Of a DNA stretch of 33,874 nt, positions 1 through 10,928 are shown piece by piece. The stretch comes from Armatimonadota bacterium. Lineage in GTDB: Bacteria > Sysuimicrobiota > Sysuimicrobiia > Sysuimicrobiales > Humicultoraceae. The first letter of the stretch is position 1. Each line of letters opens with the position of its first letter. Where the stretch lies: the NCBI GenBank assembly GCA_052386995.1, contig JBQTJP010000324.1, positions 1-33,874 of the forward strand, in the 5' to 3' direction. Both the position numbers and the translations under genes were made by a program. The notes under the pieces were generated by a model that saw nothing but the letters and a program-made list of their open reading frames with translations, did not search any database and was not told the DNA's origin.

Positions 1-2
1 TC

Positions 3-1130
3 ATCAAAGTGGGCATCGTGGACACCTACAGCGGGCCGCCGGCCGTCTTCGGCAACGACGCGCTCAACGGGTTCAAGCTCGCCCTGACCGAGATCAACCG
101 CGAGGGCGTGCTGGGCGCGAGGATCGAGTTCGTCACGCGCGACGAGCGGTTTTCGCCCGAGATCGGGTTGAGCATGGCGCGGGAGCTCGTGCTGCAGGAG
201 CGGGTGGATGTCCTGGTCGGCACGATCAACAGCGCCACCGCGCTCGCCATCGGCGCATACGCGAAAGACCAGAAAATCCCGTTCATCGTCTGGATCTCCA
301 AGAGCGAGAAGATCACCGGACAGAGCGGCCATCGTTATGTGTTCTCGACCGGGGAGAATACCGCGATGGCCGGGCGCGCCATCGCGGAGGCGCTGGCCCG
401 AAGACCCTACACAAAGTTCTGGATCGGGGCGGAAGATTACGAGTACGGCCACGCCATCACCAACTCGTTCTGGAAGTTCATGAAGCGCGCCAAGCCGGAG
501 GTCACGCTGGCGGGCCAGAGCTGGTGGAGGACCGGCGAGCCTGACCTCGTGCCCTACATCACGGCGATCGCCAACGCCAGGCCCGAGGCCGTGTTCTTCG
601 GCACCGGCGGCGCCGGCATGACCAACGTGCTGCGGGTCATGAAGGCCACCGGCATGTCCGAGCGGATTCCCACCGCCATTCACACCGCGATCGATCACGC
701 GGTGCTCCGGCCGCTGGGCGCGAACGCTCCCGAAGGCGTGCTCGGAACCATCGATTACCTGTGGTACTACCCCGACACTCCCGCCAACCAGGGGTTCGTG
801 CGTGCGTTTCAGGCCGCCTACGGCGGGCCCCCGGGCTTCCCGGCCTTTCACGGGTACACCACCGCGCACTTCATCGCCCAGGCCGTACGGAAAGCCAGGT
901 CGCTCGATCGCGAGAAGTTCGTCGACGCGCTGGAGGGGCTGAGGATCGCTACCCCTGTGGGCGAGGTGGAGATGCGCGCCTGCGACCATCAGGCTGTGCT
1001 CCCGCTCTTCCTGGGAACCACGAAGAAGACGGCGCAGTACGAATTCCTCGTGGCGACGGGCCTCTCCACTCTTCGCGGTGAGGAAGTGATGCCGACCTGC
1101 GAGGACATCAGGAAAGCCCGCGGGCAGTAG
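3..1130 (+). CDS. Branched-chain amino acid-type ABC transporter substrate-binding protein (LivK/LivJ-like, periplasmic binding protein type 1); 5' end lies outside the window
   Basis: Frame is open from the window edge (IKVGIVDTYSGP...). Typical Liv-family N-terminus, and C-terminal TPVGEVEMRACDHQA. Directly upstream of livH/M/G/F-like genes. Confidence 0.88.
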   Translation: MKVGIVDTYSGPPAVFGNDALNGFKLALTEINREGVLGARIEFVTRDERFSPEIGLSMARELVLQERVDVLVGTINSATALAIGAYAKDQKIPFIVWISKSEKITGQSGHRYVFSTGENTAMAGRAIAEALARRPYTKFWIGAEDYEYGHAITNSFWKFMKRAKPEVTLAGQSWWRTGEPDLVPYITAIANARPEAVFFGTGGAGMTNVLRVMKATGMSERIPTAIHTAIDHAVLRPLGANAPEGVLGTIDYLWYYPDTPANQGFVRAFQAAYGGPPGFPAFHGYTTAHFIAQAVRKARSLDREKFVDALEGLRIATPVGEVEMRACDHQAVLPLFLGTTKKTAQYEFLVATGLSTLRGEEVMPTCEDIRKARGQ

Positions 1131-1229
1131 CGCGCCGGGTCAGCCGCACGCGTTGAGCCGTACGCGTCCGCAGGTAGCCGGGCTGAGATCGTCCGGCTGC
1201 CTGCGTTCTCGCCTCCGGTGGACCGTCTG

Positions 1230-2108
1230 ATGGACATCGCCGCGCTGCTCAGCCAGCTGCTGGTGGGCCTGAGCCGGGCCATGATCCTGTTCATCGTCTC
1301 GGCGGGCTTGAGCTTTGTCCTCGGCGTGCTGCGCGTGCCCAACGTCTTCCACGGATCGCTGTACATGATCGGCGCGTTTTCGGCGTTCAGTATCGCCACG
1401 ATGCTGGGCGGGCATCCCGCGGGCCTGTGGCTGGCGCTGCTGCTCGCGCCGCTCGTCGCGGTAATCGTTGCCCTCATCGTCGAGCGCGCCCTGTTGTCGC
1501 ACCTCTATCAGCGCGAGCACCTGATGCTCATTCTCTTTACCTGGGGCATCATGCTCGTGCTCAACGACCTGGTGAAGCTGACCTGGGGGCCGGACTATCG
1601 GTCGCTCGTGGCGCCCCCGGCGCTCCAGGGATCCGCGGCCGTCCTTGGGGCGTCCGTGCCGCGGTACAACCTGTTTCTGCTCATCATCGGTCCGCTGGTC
1701 GCCGCCGGCATGTGGCTCCTGACGCAGAAGACACGCATCGGCAAGATCGCCCGCGCCGCGGCGGTGGACCGCGAGATGGTCGACATCCTGGGGATCAACG
1801 TGAGCCGGGTCTTCGCGGTGGCGTTCCTGATCGGATGCTACCTGGCCGGCCTCGGCGGTGCGCTCGTGGCGCCTACGACGAGCATCACGCTGGGGATGGA
1901 CCACACCATCATCATCGAGGCGTTTCTGATCGTCACCATTGGCGGATTGGGCAACATCTGGGGAGCGCTGCTCGGATCGCTGCTCTTCGGGGTGACGCAG
2001 TCTATGGGACTGCTGATCTGGCCGCAGTTCGCGATCGTGTTCCCCTACCTGGCCGCCGTGATCGTCTTGGTGCTGCGGCCCACAGGTCTGCTCCGCTCGG
2101 TATGGTAG
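1230..2108 (+). CDS. livH: Branched-chain amino acid ABC transporter permease (LivH-like)
   Basis: Hydrophobic; motifs GLSFVLGVLRVPNVFHGSLYMIGA, TRIGKIARAAA.DREMVDILGINV, TIGGLGNIWGA. ATG 1230 preferred over GTG 1218. Confidence 0.88.
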   Translation: MDIAALLSQLLVGLSRAMILFIVSAGLSFVLGVLRVPNVFHGSLYMIGAFSAFSIATMLGGHPAGLWLALLLAPLVAVIVALIVERALLSHLYQREHLMLILFTWGIMLVLNDLVKLTWGPDYRSLVAPPALQGSAAVLGASVPRYNLFLLIIGPLVAAGMWLLTQKTRIGKIARAAAVDREMVDILGINVSRVFAVAFLIGCYLAGLGGALVAPTTSITLGMDHTIIIEAFLIVTIGGLGNIWGALLGSLLFGVTQSMGLLIWPQFAIVFPYLAAVIVLVLRPTGLLRSVW

Positions 2109-3068
2109 ACGCGCGCACGATACGCCGGTCATTCACCGGGCCCGGACGCCTTGCCGCACTTCTGGCCGCCCTGGCGGCATTGATTGCGGTGCCTGCCGCG
2201 GCACCAGAATTCTACGTCTACATCCTCGCCCTGATCCTGGTGACCGGCCTGCTGGCGACGAGTCTCAACCTCGCCCTGGGATACGGCGGCATCTACCAGT
2301 TTCACCACGCGGTGTTCTACGGGACCGGGGCATACACGCTGGCCCTGGCCGTCGTGAAGGTGGGGTGGCCGGCCTGGGTGGGGTTTGCGGCCGGTCCCGT
2401 GGTGGCGGCGGCCGCGGGTGCGCTCGTCGGGGCGATCTGCGTCCGGCTCACCCGCCTGTACTTCGGCATGCTGCAGCTGTCGCTCGGCTCGTTGATCTGG
2501 ACCATCGCGCTGCGCTGGTATCCGGTCACCGGCGGGGACGATGGCATTCACGGCATCCCCCTGCCCGCGTTCCTCCAGACCGTGGGCGGCGCGTACTACT
2601 TCATCGTCGGCGCGGTCGCGTTGTCACTGATGATCCTCCACCTGCTCGTGCGGTCGCCCTTCGGCGCGACCCTTCAGGCGGTCCGCGATAATCCCCAGCG
2701 CTGCCAGGCCATCGGCGTGGACGTCAGGGCGCATCAACTCGTGGCGATCGTGATCGCCTCCTTCTTTGGTGGCGTCGCCGGGGTGCTCTACGTCGCGCTG
2801 GAGCGCTCGGTGTTCCCGAACATGCTGTTCTGGGTGCTGTCTCTCGAGATCCTCGTGATGTGTCTGCTGGGCGGGTGGTTCACGTTTCTTGGCCCGATGG
2901 TCGGCGCCGCCCTGATTGTGGCGTTGCGAACAGTCGCGAGCCGGTACACGGACAACTGGACGATGATTCTCGGAACCATCCTGATCCTGCTCATCTTCTT
3001 CATGCCGGACGGCGTCATGGGCCACTTACAGCAGCGATTTGGTCGACGCCGGCCCGTCGAGGGCAGCC

Positions 3069-3076
<8 letters not shown>
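2102..3076 (+). CDS. livM: Branched-chain amino acid ABC transporter permease (LivM-like)
   Basis: C-terminal part of track ORF 1427..3076; real start ATG 2102 overlaps the livH end. Motifs SLNLALGYGG..FHHAVFYGTGAY, TGGDDGI, SPFGATLQAVRDN, LLGG..TFLGP. Confidence 0.88.
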
Positions 3077-3810
<734 letters not shown>

Positions 3811-3818
<8 letters not shown>

Positions 3819-4524
3819 CCCCGCGATGCTAGAGGTGGAAGGCATTCACACCTTTTACGGACTCGGCCACATCCTCTTCGACGTGTCGCTGCGGGTGGTG
3901 TCGGGGGAAGTGGTCTCCCTGCTCGGCCGCAACGGCGCGGGCAAGACCACGACGCTGCGGAGCATCATCGGCGTCACCCCGCCTCGCCACGGGCACATCC
4001 GGTACAAAGGTGAGGAGATCGCGGGCCGGGCGCCCCACGTGCTCGCGCGCAAGGGCCTCGGCTACGTTCCCGACGATCGAAGGATCTTTGCCGATCTTAC
4101 CGTGGACGAGAATCTGGAGGTCGCGAGAAGGAGATCGACCCGGGGTCAGGAGTGGGACCGAGCCAGGGTGCACGAGCTCTTTCCTGTCTTGCAGGAGAAG
4201 GCCTCGCACAAGGGCGGACATCTCTCCGGGGGCGAGCAGAAGATGCTCGCGATCGCGCGGGCGCTCGTGGGCAATCCCGAGCTCCTGCTGCTGGATGAGC
4301 CGATGGAAGGCCTGGCACCTTTGCTCGTGCGCGCGCTGGAGGACCGTATCCACGCACTGAAGGCCACCGGCCTGACGGTACTGCTGGCGGAGCAAAACCT
4401 GCACGCGGCGCTGCGCCTGGCCGACCGCTGCTACGTGATTGACGACGGGCGCATACGGTACGAGGGCACGGTGGCGGACCTGAAAGATAATGACGAAGTG
4501 AGGAAGAGGTACTTGCTCGTCTAA
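3811..4524 (+). CDS. livF: Branched-chain amino acid ABC transporter ATP-binding protein (LivF-like)
   Basis: GRNGAGKTT, LSGGEQKMLAIARAL, LLLLDEP.EGLAP, AEQN. Start at ATG 3811 or ATG 3826. Confidence 0.92.
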
Positions 4525-4584
4525 CGTAGTGGTCAATCTGGGGGAGTCCAGGTCGGAACTCGGTCCAGACCCAGTAGAGCGTCC

Positions 4585-4614
4585 TTGAAGAGGTGTGGCG
4601 ATATGCGCTACAGT
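4585..4614 (+). promoter_or_regulatory. Possible sigma70-type promoter for the icd-mdh-sucCD cluster
   Basis: TTGAAG (4585-4590), 18-nt spacer, TACAGT (4609-4614) in the livF-icd spacer; only moderate match to consensus. Confidence 0.3.
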
Positions 4615-4683
4615 GAAGCCGGATTTCCCCCATGTTGTTCGGCATCTGTGCGTCACGTGCCAGACTTCCGAGGATGGTGAAGT

Positions 4684-5931
4684 ATGCTCCAGCTTGAGAC
4701 TCTGAAACCCCCGACCGAAGGCCAGACGATTGAGATCAAGGACAACCGGCTCGTTGTCCCCAACCAGCCCATTATCCCGTTCATCGAAGGCGACGGCACC
4801 GGGCCCGATATCTGGCGCGCCAGCCGGCGGATCTTCGAGGCCGCGGTCGCCAAGGCCTATGGTGGGAAGCGCCGGATCGTGTGGTTCGAGATCTTTGCCG
4901 GCGAGAAGTCGTTCAAAACCTACAAAACCTGGCTGCCGGACGACACACTGCGGGCCTTTCAGCACTACATTGTCGGGATCAAAGGCCCGCTGACAACCCC
5001 GATCGGCGGCGGGATGCGCAGCCTGAACGTCGCGCTGCGCCAATTGCTCGACCTCTATACGTGCATCCGGCCGGTGCGCTGGTTCGAGGGTGTCCCGAAC
5101 CCGGTGAAGCATCCCGAGCGCGTGGATATGGTGATCTTTCGCGAGAACTCCGAAGACATTTATGTCGGGTTCGAGCAACCGGCCGACTCGCCGGAGGCGA
5201 AGAAGCTCATCGAGTTCGTCCGCAAGGAGTTTGGCTGGAACGTCCGCGAGGGCTCCAGCGTCGGTCTCAAGCCGATGAGCGCGTTCGGCACCAAGCGTCT
5301 GGTCCGCAAGGCTCTCCGCTACACAATCGATCGCAAGCGCAAAAGCGTGACGTTTGTCCACAAAGGCAACATCCAGAAATACACTGAGGGCTGGTTTGCC
5401 AAGTGGGGGTATGAGCTGGCCGCCGAGGAGTTTGGCGACAAGACGATCACCTGGGATGAGGTCAGCAAGCAGCACGGGGGCAAGACGCCGGCCGGCAAGA
5501 TTCTGCTCCAAGACTACATCGCGGACGTGACCTTCCAGCACGTGCTGACGCGGCCGCAGGACTTCGACGTGATCGCCACCAGCAACCTTAACGGCGACTA
5601 CCTCTCGGACGCGATCGCGGCGCAGGTCGGCGGCATCGGGATGGCGCCGGGGGCCAACATCAGCGACTTCCATGCGGTCTTCGAGGCGACGCACGGCACC
5701 GCACCCAAGTACGCTAACCAGGACAAGGTGAACCCCGGGTCACTGACCCTCTCGGGCGTGATGATGCTGGAGTACCTGGGATGGCAGGAGGCCGCCGACC
5801 TGATCGTGCGCGGCATGGAGAAGACGTTCAAGCAGAAGGTCGTCACATACGATCTGGCGCGCCACATGGACGGCGTCAAAGAAGTCAAGACCAGCGACTT
5901 CGCCACAGCCGTCATAGACAACATGCCCTAA
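4684..5931 (+). CDS. icd: Isocitrate dehydrogenase, NADP-dependent homodimeric type
   Basis: [71 protein letters not shown] and VTYDLAR (K-Y and Y...R residues typical of NADP-specific enzymes). Confidence 0.97.
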   Translation: MLQLETLKPPTEGQTIEIKDNRLVVPNQPIIPFIEGDGTGPDIWRASRRIFEAAVAKAYGGKRRIVWFEIFAGEKSFKTYKTWLPDDTLRAFQHYIVGIKGPLTTPIGGGMRSLNVALRQLLDLYTCIRPVRWFEGVPNPVKHPERVDMVIFRENSEDIYVGFEQPADSPEAKKLIEFVRKEFGWNVREGSSVGLKPMSAFGTKRLVRKALRYTIDRKRKSVTFVHKGNIQKYTEGWFAKWGYELAAEEFGDKTITWDEVSKQHGGKTPAGKILLQDYIADVTFQHVLTRPQDFDVIATSNLNGDYLSDAIAAQVGGIGMAPGANISDFHAVFEATHGTAPKYANQDKVNPGSLTLSGVMMLEYLGWQEAADLIVRGMEKTFKQKVVTYDLARHMDGVKEVKTSDFATAVIDNMP

Positions 5932-5975
5932 CCGCGGCACCCACGCCGCCGAGTTCCGATCGGGAGGAACACGCA

Positions 5976-6908
5976 GTGGTCAAGCGACCTAAAGTTTCGA
6001 TTATCGGCGCCGGCACCGTCGGCACCGCCGCCGCCCACTGGATCGCTAGCCTCGAACTGGCCGACGTCGTGCTCACCGACATCATCGAGGGCCTGCCGCA
6101 GGGTAAGGCGCTCGATATCCTGCAGGCCGCGCCGATCGCGGGCTTCGACGTGAGCCTGACCGGCAGCAACGACTACGGGGCCACCGCCGGCTCGGATGTC
6201 GTCATCGTCACCGCGGGCATCGCGCGCAAACCCGGCATGACGCGCGAGCAGCTGATCGGCACCAACGCCGGGATTGTGCGCAGCGTCATCGAGCCGGTGG
6301 TGAAGGCGTCGCCCGATTGCGTGCTCATCATGCTCACCAACCCGCTGGATGCCATGACGTATCTGGCTTACAAAGTCGCCGGGCTGCCACGGTCGCGGGT
6401 GATCGGCCAGTCCGGCGCGCTCGACTCGACTCGGTTTCGCACCTTTCTCGCCATGGAAGTCGGCGTGTCGGTCGACGACATCCACGGCATGGTAATCGGT
6501 GCGCATACGGACAAAGACATGGTGCCGCTGGCGCGCTTTGTGGCGATCCGCGGGATTCCGGTGTCGTACTTCCTGCCCGCCGAGCGTGTCGAGGCGGCCG
6601 TGCGCCGTACCCGTCGGGGTGGGGCGGAGATCACCGGGCTCATGAAGGCGAGCGGCTTCACGGCGGCCGGCGCGGCGTTGTGTGAGATGGTCGAGGCGAT
6701 CCTCCGCGACAAGAAGCGCGTGATTCCGTGCTGCGTCTACCTCGATGGCGAGTACGGCGAGCGTGACGTGTGCGTGGGTGTGCCGATCGTGTTGGGCGCG
6801 GCCGGTATGGAGAAGATCATCGAGATCTCGCTCGATGACGCCGAGAAGACCGCCTTCGCGGCGTCGGTCGGTGCCGTGCGGGAGATGCTTCCCGCGCTCA
6901 ATCTCTAA
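5976..6908 (+). CDS. mdh: Malate dehydrogenase (LDH-like family)
   Basis: GTG 5976 after GGGAGG. Rossmann IIGAGTVG, GLPQGKALD, TAGIARKPGMTR (MDH-type Arg), TNPLDAM, LDSTRF. Follows icd. Confidence 0.92.
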   Translation: MVKRPKVSIIGAGTVGTAAAHWIASLELADVVLTDIIEGLPQGKALDILQAAPIAGFDVSLTGSNDYGATAGSDVVIVTAGIARKPGMTREQLIGTNAGIVRSVIEPVVKASPDCVLIMLTNPLDAMTYLAYKVAGLPRSRVIGQSGALDSTRFRTFLAMEVGVSVDDIHGMVIGAHTDKDMVPLARFVAIRGIPVSYFLPAERVEAAVRRTRRGGAEITGLMKASGFTAAGAALCEMVEAILRDKKRVIPCCVYLDGEYGERDVCVGVPIVLGAAGMEKIIEISLDDAEKTAFAASVGAVREMLPALNL

Positions 6909-6921
6909 CCGGCGCACTGCT

Positions 6922-7536
6922 GTGCCCGAATCACTGCGCATCGAGCCGGTCACTCTCGAGGGCGCGCACGTCCGGCTTGAGCCCCTGTCGATGGAGCATT
7001 ACGCTCAACTGTGTCGGGTCGGTCTCGACGAGGAATTGGTGCGGGTCACGCAATCGTACGCTCCTACGCCCGAGGGCCTGCGCGGCTACATCGAGAAAGC
7101 GCTGCAGAGACAGGCCGAGGGCGCCGTGCTGCCCTCCGCGGTCATCGCGAAAGCGGTTGGCCGGGCCATCGGCAGCAGCCGATATGCCGCGATTGATAGG
7201 GTCAACAGGCGCCTGGAAATCGGCTGGACCTGGTACGGCCGCGAATGGCAGCGCACCGCCGTCAACACGGAGACGAAGTATCTGATGCTGCGGCACGCCT
7301 TTGAGGCGCTCGGGTGTGTGAGGGTGGAGTTCAAGACCGACGTCCTGAACGAGCGTTCGCGCGCGGCGCTGCTGCGCATCGGGGCAAAGGAGGAGGGGGT
7401 CTTCCGGCATCACATGATATTGCCGGATGGACGCATTCGCGACACGGTGTACTTTAGCATTATTCGTCCCGAATGGCCGGAAGTGAAGACGAGGTTGGAA
7501 GCGCTCATGGCCGGCCGCCCTGCGGCGGCCAGGTAG
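6922..7536 (+). CDS. GNAT family N-acetyltransferase (RimJ/RimL-like)
   Basis: PVTLEGAHVRLEPL, RLEIGWTW...WQRTAVNTETKYLML.HAFE.LGC.RVEFKTD.LNERS..A.LRIGAKEEGVFR, GRIRDTVYFSI..PEWP. GTG start inferred. Confidence 0.88.
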   Translation: MPESLRIEPVTLEGAHVRLEPLSMEHYAQLCRVGLDEELVRVTQSYAPTPEGLRGYIEKALQRQAEGAVLPSAVIAKAVGRAIGSSRYAAIDRVNRRLEIGWTWYGREWQRTAVNTETKYLMLRHAFEALGCVRVEFKTDVLNERSRAALLRIGAKEEGVFRHHMILPDGRIRDTVYFSIIRPEWPEVKTRLEALMAGRPAAAR

Positions 7537-7566
7537 CCGGCAGACTGTGGAGGAAAACCCCGCTAG

Positions 7567-8673
7567 ATGAAGCTTCACGAGTATCAGGCTAAAGAGATCT
7601 TCGGGGCCTACGGCATCCCCATTCAAAAGGGGACCGTCATCGACCGGTCCGACAAAATCGATGAGGTCGCCATAAAGTACCCAGTCGTCCTCAAGGCGCA
7701 GGTGCTCGTCGGGGGGCGCGGGAAGGCCGGCGGGATCAAGCTCGCCGCCACCCCCGAAGAGGCGCGAGCAAAGGCCGGGCAGATCCTCGGGATGGACATC
7801 AAAGGCGAAAAGGTGCGCCGGCTGCTCGTGGTCGAAGCAGCGAACATCGGCGCCGAATACTATCTGGCCTTCACCGTCGACCGGTCGGCCCGACGGCTGG
7901 TGGTGATCGGCTCGGCCGCCGGCGGCATCGACATCGAGGAAGTCGCCCGGACCACGCCCGAGAAGATCGTCAAGATGCACGTCGATCCGTTTACCCGATT
8001 CCATCCGTATCATGCCCGCGAACTGGGCCGCAAACTGGGGTTTGGGGGCAAAACCCTGCTGCAATTCGCCACGATTGCGGATGGCCTCTCGAGACTCTGC
8101 GCTGAAATGGATGCCGAACTGGCAGAGATCAATCCCCTGGCCGTGGTCGACGGCGGGCTCCTGGCCATCGACGCCAAGCTGATCATCGACGACAACGCGA
8201 CGTACCGGCATGAGGGACTGCCCCGCAACGAGGAGTTGACCGAGCTCGAAGCCGCGGCGAAGGCGGCAGAGCTCTCCTATGTCGAGCTCGACGGAAACGT
8301 GGCGATTATAGGGAACGGCGCCGGGCTGGTGATGTCGACGCTCGATATGATCGCGCACTTCGGCGGCCGCCCCGCCAACTTTCTCGATGTCGGTGGGGGC
8401 GCCACAACGGAAAACATGGCGCAGGCGATGCGCATTGTCCTGCGAAAGCCCGGCGTGCGGTCGCTGTTCATCAACATCTTCGGTGGAATCACACGGTGCG
8501 ACGATATCGCGCGCGCGATCGCGGCGCAGCCGCCCTCGGTCCCGATGGCCGTACGCCTGACCGGCACCAATGAAGACGACGGCCGCAAGATCCTCCAGGA
8601 CGCGGGTATCCGCGCGTACGTAGACCCCGAGGAGGCGGCGCGGGAGGCCGTGCGGCTGGCGTCCACAGCGTGA
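7567..8673 (+). CDS. sucC: Succinyl-CoA synthetase (ADP-forming) beta subunit
   Basis: MKLHEYQAKEIF, KAQVLVGGRGKAGGIK, EINPL, GNGAGLVMSTLD, PANFLDVGGGA, INIFGGITRCD, RLTGTN. SD GGAGG upstream. Confidence 0.97.
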   Translation: MKLHEYQAKEIFGAYGIPIQKGTVIDRSDKIDEVAIKYPVVLKAQVLVGGRGKAGGIKLAATPEEARAKAGQILGMDIKGEKVRRLLVVEAANIGAEYYLAFTVDRSARRLVVIGSAAGGIDIEEVARTTPEKIVKMHVDPFTRFHPYHARELGRKLGFGGKTLLQFATIADGLSRLCAEMDAELAEINPLAVVDGGLLAIDAKLIIDDNATYRHEGLPRNEELTELEAAAKAAELSYVELDGNVAIIGNGAGLVMSTLDMIAHFGGRPANFLDVGGGATTENMAQAMRIVLRKPGVRSLFINIFGGITRCDDIARAIAAQPPSVPMAVRLTGTNEDDGRKILQDAGIRAYVDPEEAAREAVRLASTA

Positions 8674-8685
8674 GCGGAGGAATCG

Positions 8686-9558
8686 ATGGCAATTCTCGTC
8701 AATGAGAGCACACGCGTCCTCGTCCAGGGGATGACCGGCTACCAGGGCGAGTTTCACGCGCGCCGGATGATGGAGTTCGGCACGAAGGTGGTCGCCGGCA
8801 CGACACCCGGGAAGGGCGGACAGACGGTCGCCGGTGTGCCGGTGTTCGACACGGTTGCCGAGGCGGTCGCGCAGACAGGGGCGACCGCGTCATGCATCTT
8901 CGTCCCCGCGCGGCTGGCCAAGGACGCGGCGCTCGAGGCGATCGCCTCCCATCTTGATCCCGTGGTCATCATCACCGAGCACATCCCGGTGCACGATGCG
9001 ATCGAGGTCGTTGCCGCCGCCCGCGCTGCCGGCGTGCGCGTCGTGGGTCCCAACGGACCCGGCGTGACGTCACCGGGTCAGTGCAAGATCGGCATCATGC
9101 CAAACCATCTGTTCAAGACAGGAGGAGTCGGGCTGGTTTCACGCAGCGGCACGCTGACGTACGAAATTGTGGCCGGCCTGACCGGTGCCGGGCTCGGCCA
9201 GAGCACCGCGCTGGGTCTCGGTGGCGATCCCGTGGTCGGAGTGAGTTTTCTGGAGGCGGTCGAGCTCTTTGCCGACGATCCCCAGACCGAGGCGATCGTG
9301 CTCGTCGGCGAGATCGGTGGGAGCGCGGAAGAAGAGGCCGCCCGGTTCATCAAGACCTCGGTGCGCAAGCCGGTGGTAGGCTATATCGCCGGGCGCACGG
9401 CGCCTCCGGGGAAACGCATGGGCCACGCGGGCGCCGTGATCTCCGGCAGCGAAGGCACGGCCCAGGCCAAGGTCGCGGCGCTGGAAGCGGCCGGCGTCCA
9501 GATGGTAGACCTGCCCGGCCGCGTGCCGGACACGCTGCGCGCAGCCATGCGAGTGTGA
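8686..9558 (+). CDS. sucD: Succinyl-CoA synthetase alpha subunit
   Basis: TRVLVQGMTG, GPNGPG, SRSGTLTYE, GGDP, GEIGGSAEE, PPGKRMGHAGA (phospho-His). Confidence 0.97.
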   Translation: MAILVNESTRVLVQGMTGYQGEFHARRMMEFGTKVVAGTTPGKGGQTVAGVPVFDTVAEAVAQTGATASCIFVPARLAKDAALEAIASHLDPVVIITEHIPVHDAIEVVAAARAAGVRVVGPNGPGVTSPGQCKIGIMPNHLFKTGGVGLVSRSGTLTYEIVAGLTGAGLGQSTALGLGGDPVVGVSFLEAVELFADDPQTEAIVLVGEIGGSAEEEAARFIKTSVRKPVVGYIAGRTAPPGKRMGHAGAVISGSEGTAQAKVAALEAAGVQMVDLPGRVPDTLRAAMRV

Positions 9559-9643
9559 GATTCCCGAAGGCCTCGACGTGGCCTGTCTTTGCCCGCGCGA
9601 ATCTGGGATAATCGCCTAAGGGATTGATCGCGCGGAGGACCTG

Positions 9644-9985
9644 ATGCTCAGCGGCCTGCTGTTGCGCTGGCTCTTCAACACCATCGCGATATATGTGACC
9701 ACCGGGCTCGTGCCGGGCATTGCCGTTCCCGACACGGCCGGCATCATCATCGCGGCGCTGGTCCTCGGTCTGGTCAATGCCACCATTCGCTGGTTCGTGC
9801 TGATTCTGACCTTGCCGTTGAACATCCTCACCCTCGGGCTGTTCACGCTCGTCGTCAACGCACTCATGCTCTATGTCGTCCAGGCATTCACCTCGCTGCG
9901 CATCGAGTCGTTCGGGGCGGCGTTGATTGGGGCGCTGGTCATTGCGGTCGTCAGCACGATCCTCAGCCACGTTTTCGGACGGTAG
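9644..9985 (+). CDS. YvlD-like 4-TM membrane protein ('phage holin superfamily IV' family)
   Basis: ALVLGLVNATIR..LILTLPLNILTLGLFTLVVNA signature; SD GGAGG. No phage genes nearby. Confidence 0.85.
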   Translation: MLSGLLLRWLFNTIAIYVTTGLVPGIAVPDTAGIIIAALVLGLVNATIRWFVLILTLPLNILTLGLFTLVVNALMLYVVQAFTSLRIESFGAALIGALVIAVVSTILSHVFGR

Positions 9986-10928
9986 CCGGGCGCCCAGGCG
10001 TCCGGCACGTCGGCGCGCGGCGCGGGCCCGCCGCGAGGGCGGAATCCAGTTCGTCATCATCACAGGGCTGTCCGGCGCCGGAAAATCCAACGCCATGAAG
10101 GTCTTCGAGGACGTGGGCTTCTATTGCGTGGACAATTTGCCCCCCGCGCTCCTGCCGAAGTTTGCCGATCTGGTCCTGCATTCCGGCGGCAAGGTCCGCC
10201 GGATCGCGATGGTGATCGACATCCGCGGCGGCGAGTTCTTCGACGAGCTCTTCTCGTCGCTGCAGCAGGTCGCGCGATCCGGGCTGCGCTACGAAATCCT
10301 CTTCCTTGATGCGGCGGACGATGTGCTCGTCCGTCGATTCAAGGAAACCCGGCGGAAGCATCCGCTGGCGCAGGCCGGCAACCTTCTCAACGGGATCCGC
10401 GCCGAGCGGCGGCGCCTGGAAGGCGTCAAAGGTCGCGCCCACAAGATCATCGACACGTCGAACCTGACCGTGAAAGAGCTGCGGGAGGCGATCGCCTCCA
10501 CGTATCAGAGCGACATTCCGCCCGCGCGCGCGCTCGAGGTCAACGTCGTGTCGTTCGGCTATAAGTACGGTATCCCGATCGATGCCGACCTGATCTTCGA
10601 CTGCCGGTTCCTGCCGAACCCGCACTACGACCCCGCGCTGCGACCGTTGCCAGGCCAACACACACGCATCCGCCGCTTCGTGATGGACCAGCCGGAGACG
10701 CGGGAGTTTCTCGGACGGCTCTACGACTTCGCCGACTATCTCCTGCCCCAGTTTGTGGCCGAAGGGAAGACGCACTTGACCATCGGGATCGGCTGCACCG
10801 GCGGGCGGCACCGCTCGGTAGTGTTGGGCGACGAGCTCGGGCAGCATCTCCGCCGGCGCGGTGCGCGGGTGCACGTACGGCACCGCGATTTGCGCAAGGA
10901 CGAGCGGCTGAGCGAGGCGACCGAATGA
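9942..10928 (+). CDS. rapZ: RNase adapter RapZ / YvcJ P-loop nucleotide-binding protein (start codon unresolved)
   Basis: IITGLSGAGKS Walker A, GFYCVDNLPP, IDIRG, RRFKETRRKHPL, SFGYKYGIP.DAD.IFDCRFLPNP, GCTGGRHRSV. In-frame canonical starts before Walker A are only TTG 9927/9942, both inside yvlD. Confidence 0.93.
   Translation: MRSSARSSATFSDGSRAPRRPARRRAARARREGGIQFVIITGLSGAGKSNAMKVFEDVGFYCVDNLPPALLPKFADLVLHSGGKVRRIAMVIDIRGGEFFDELFSSLQQVARSGLRYEILFLDAADDVLVRRFKETRRKHPLAQAGNLLNGIRAERRRLEGVKGRAHKIIDTSNLTVKELREAIASTYQSDIPPARALEVNVVSFGYKYGIPIDADLIFDCRFLPNPHYDPALRPLPGQHTRIRRFVMDQPETREFLGRLYDFADYLLPQFVAEGKTHLTIGIGCTGGRHRSVVLGDELGQHLRRRGARVHVRHRDLRKDERLSEATE

Noticed and set aside
9644..9985. Prophage suggested by the 'phage holin' family name
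   Set aside because: YvlD-type genes are common chromosomal genes, and no phage or integrase genes are nearby.
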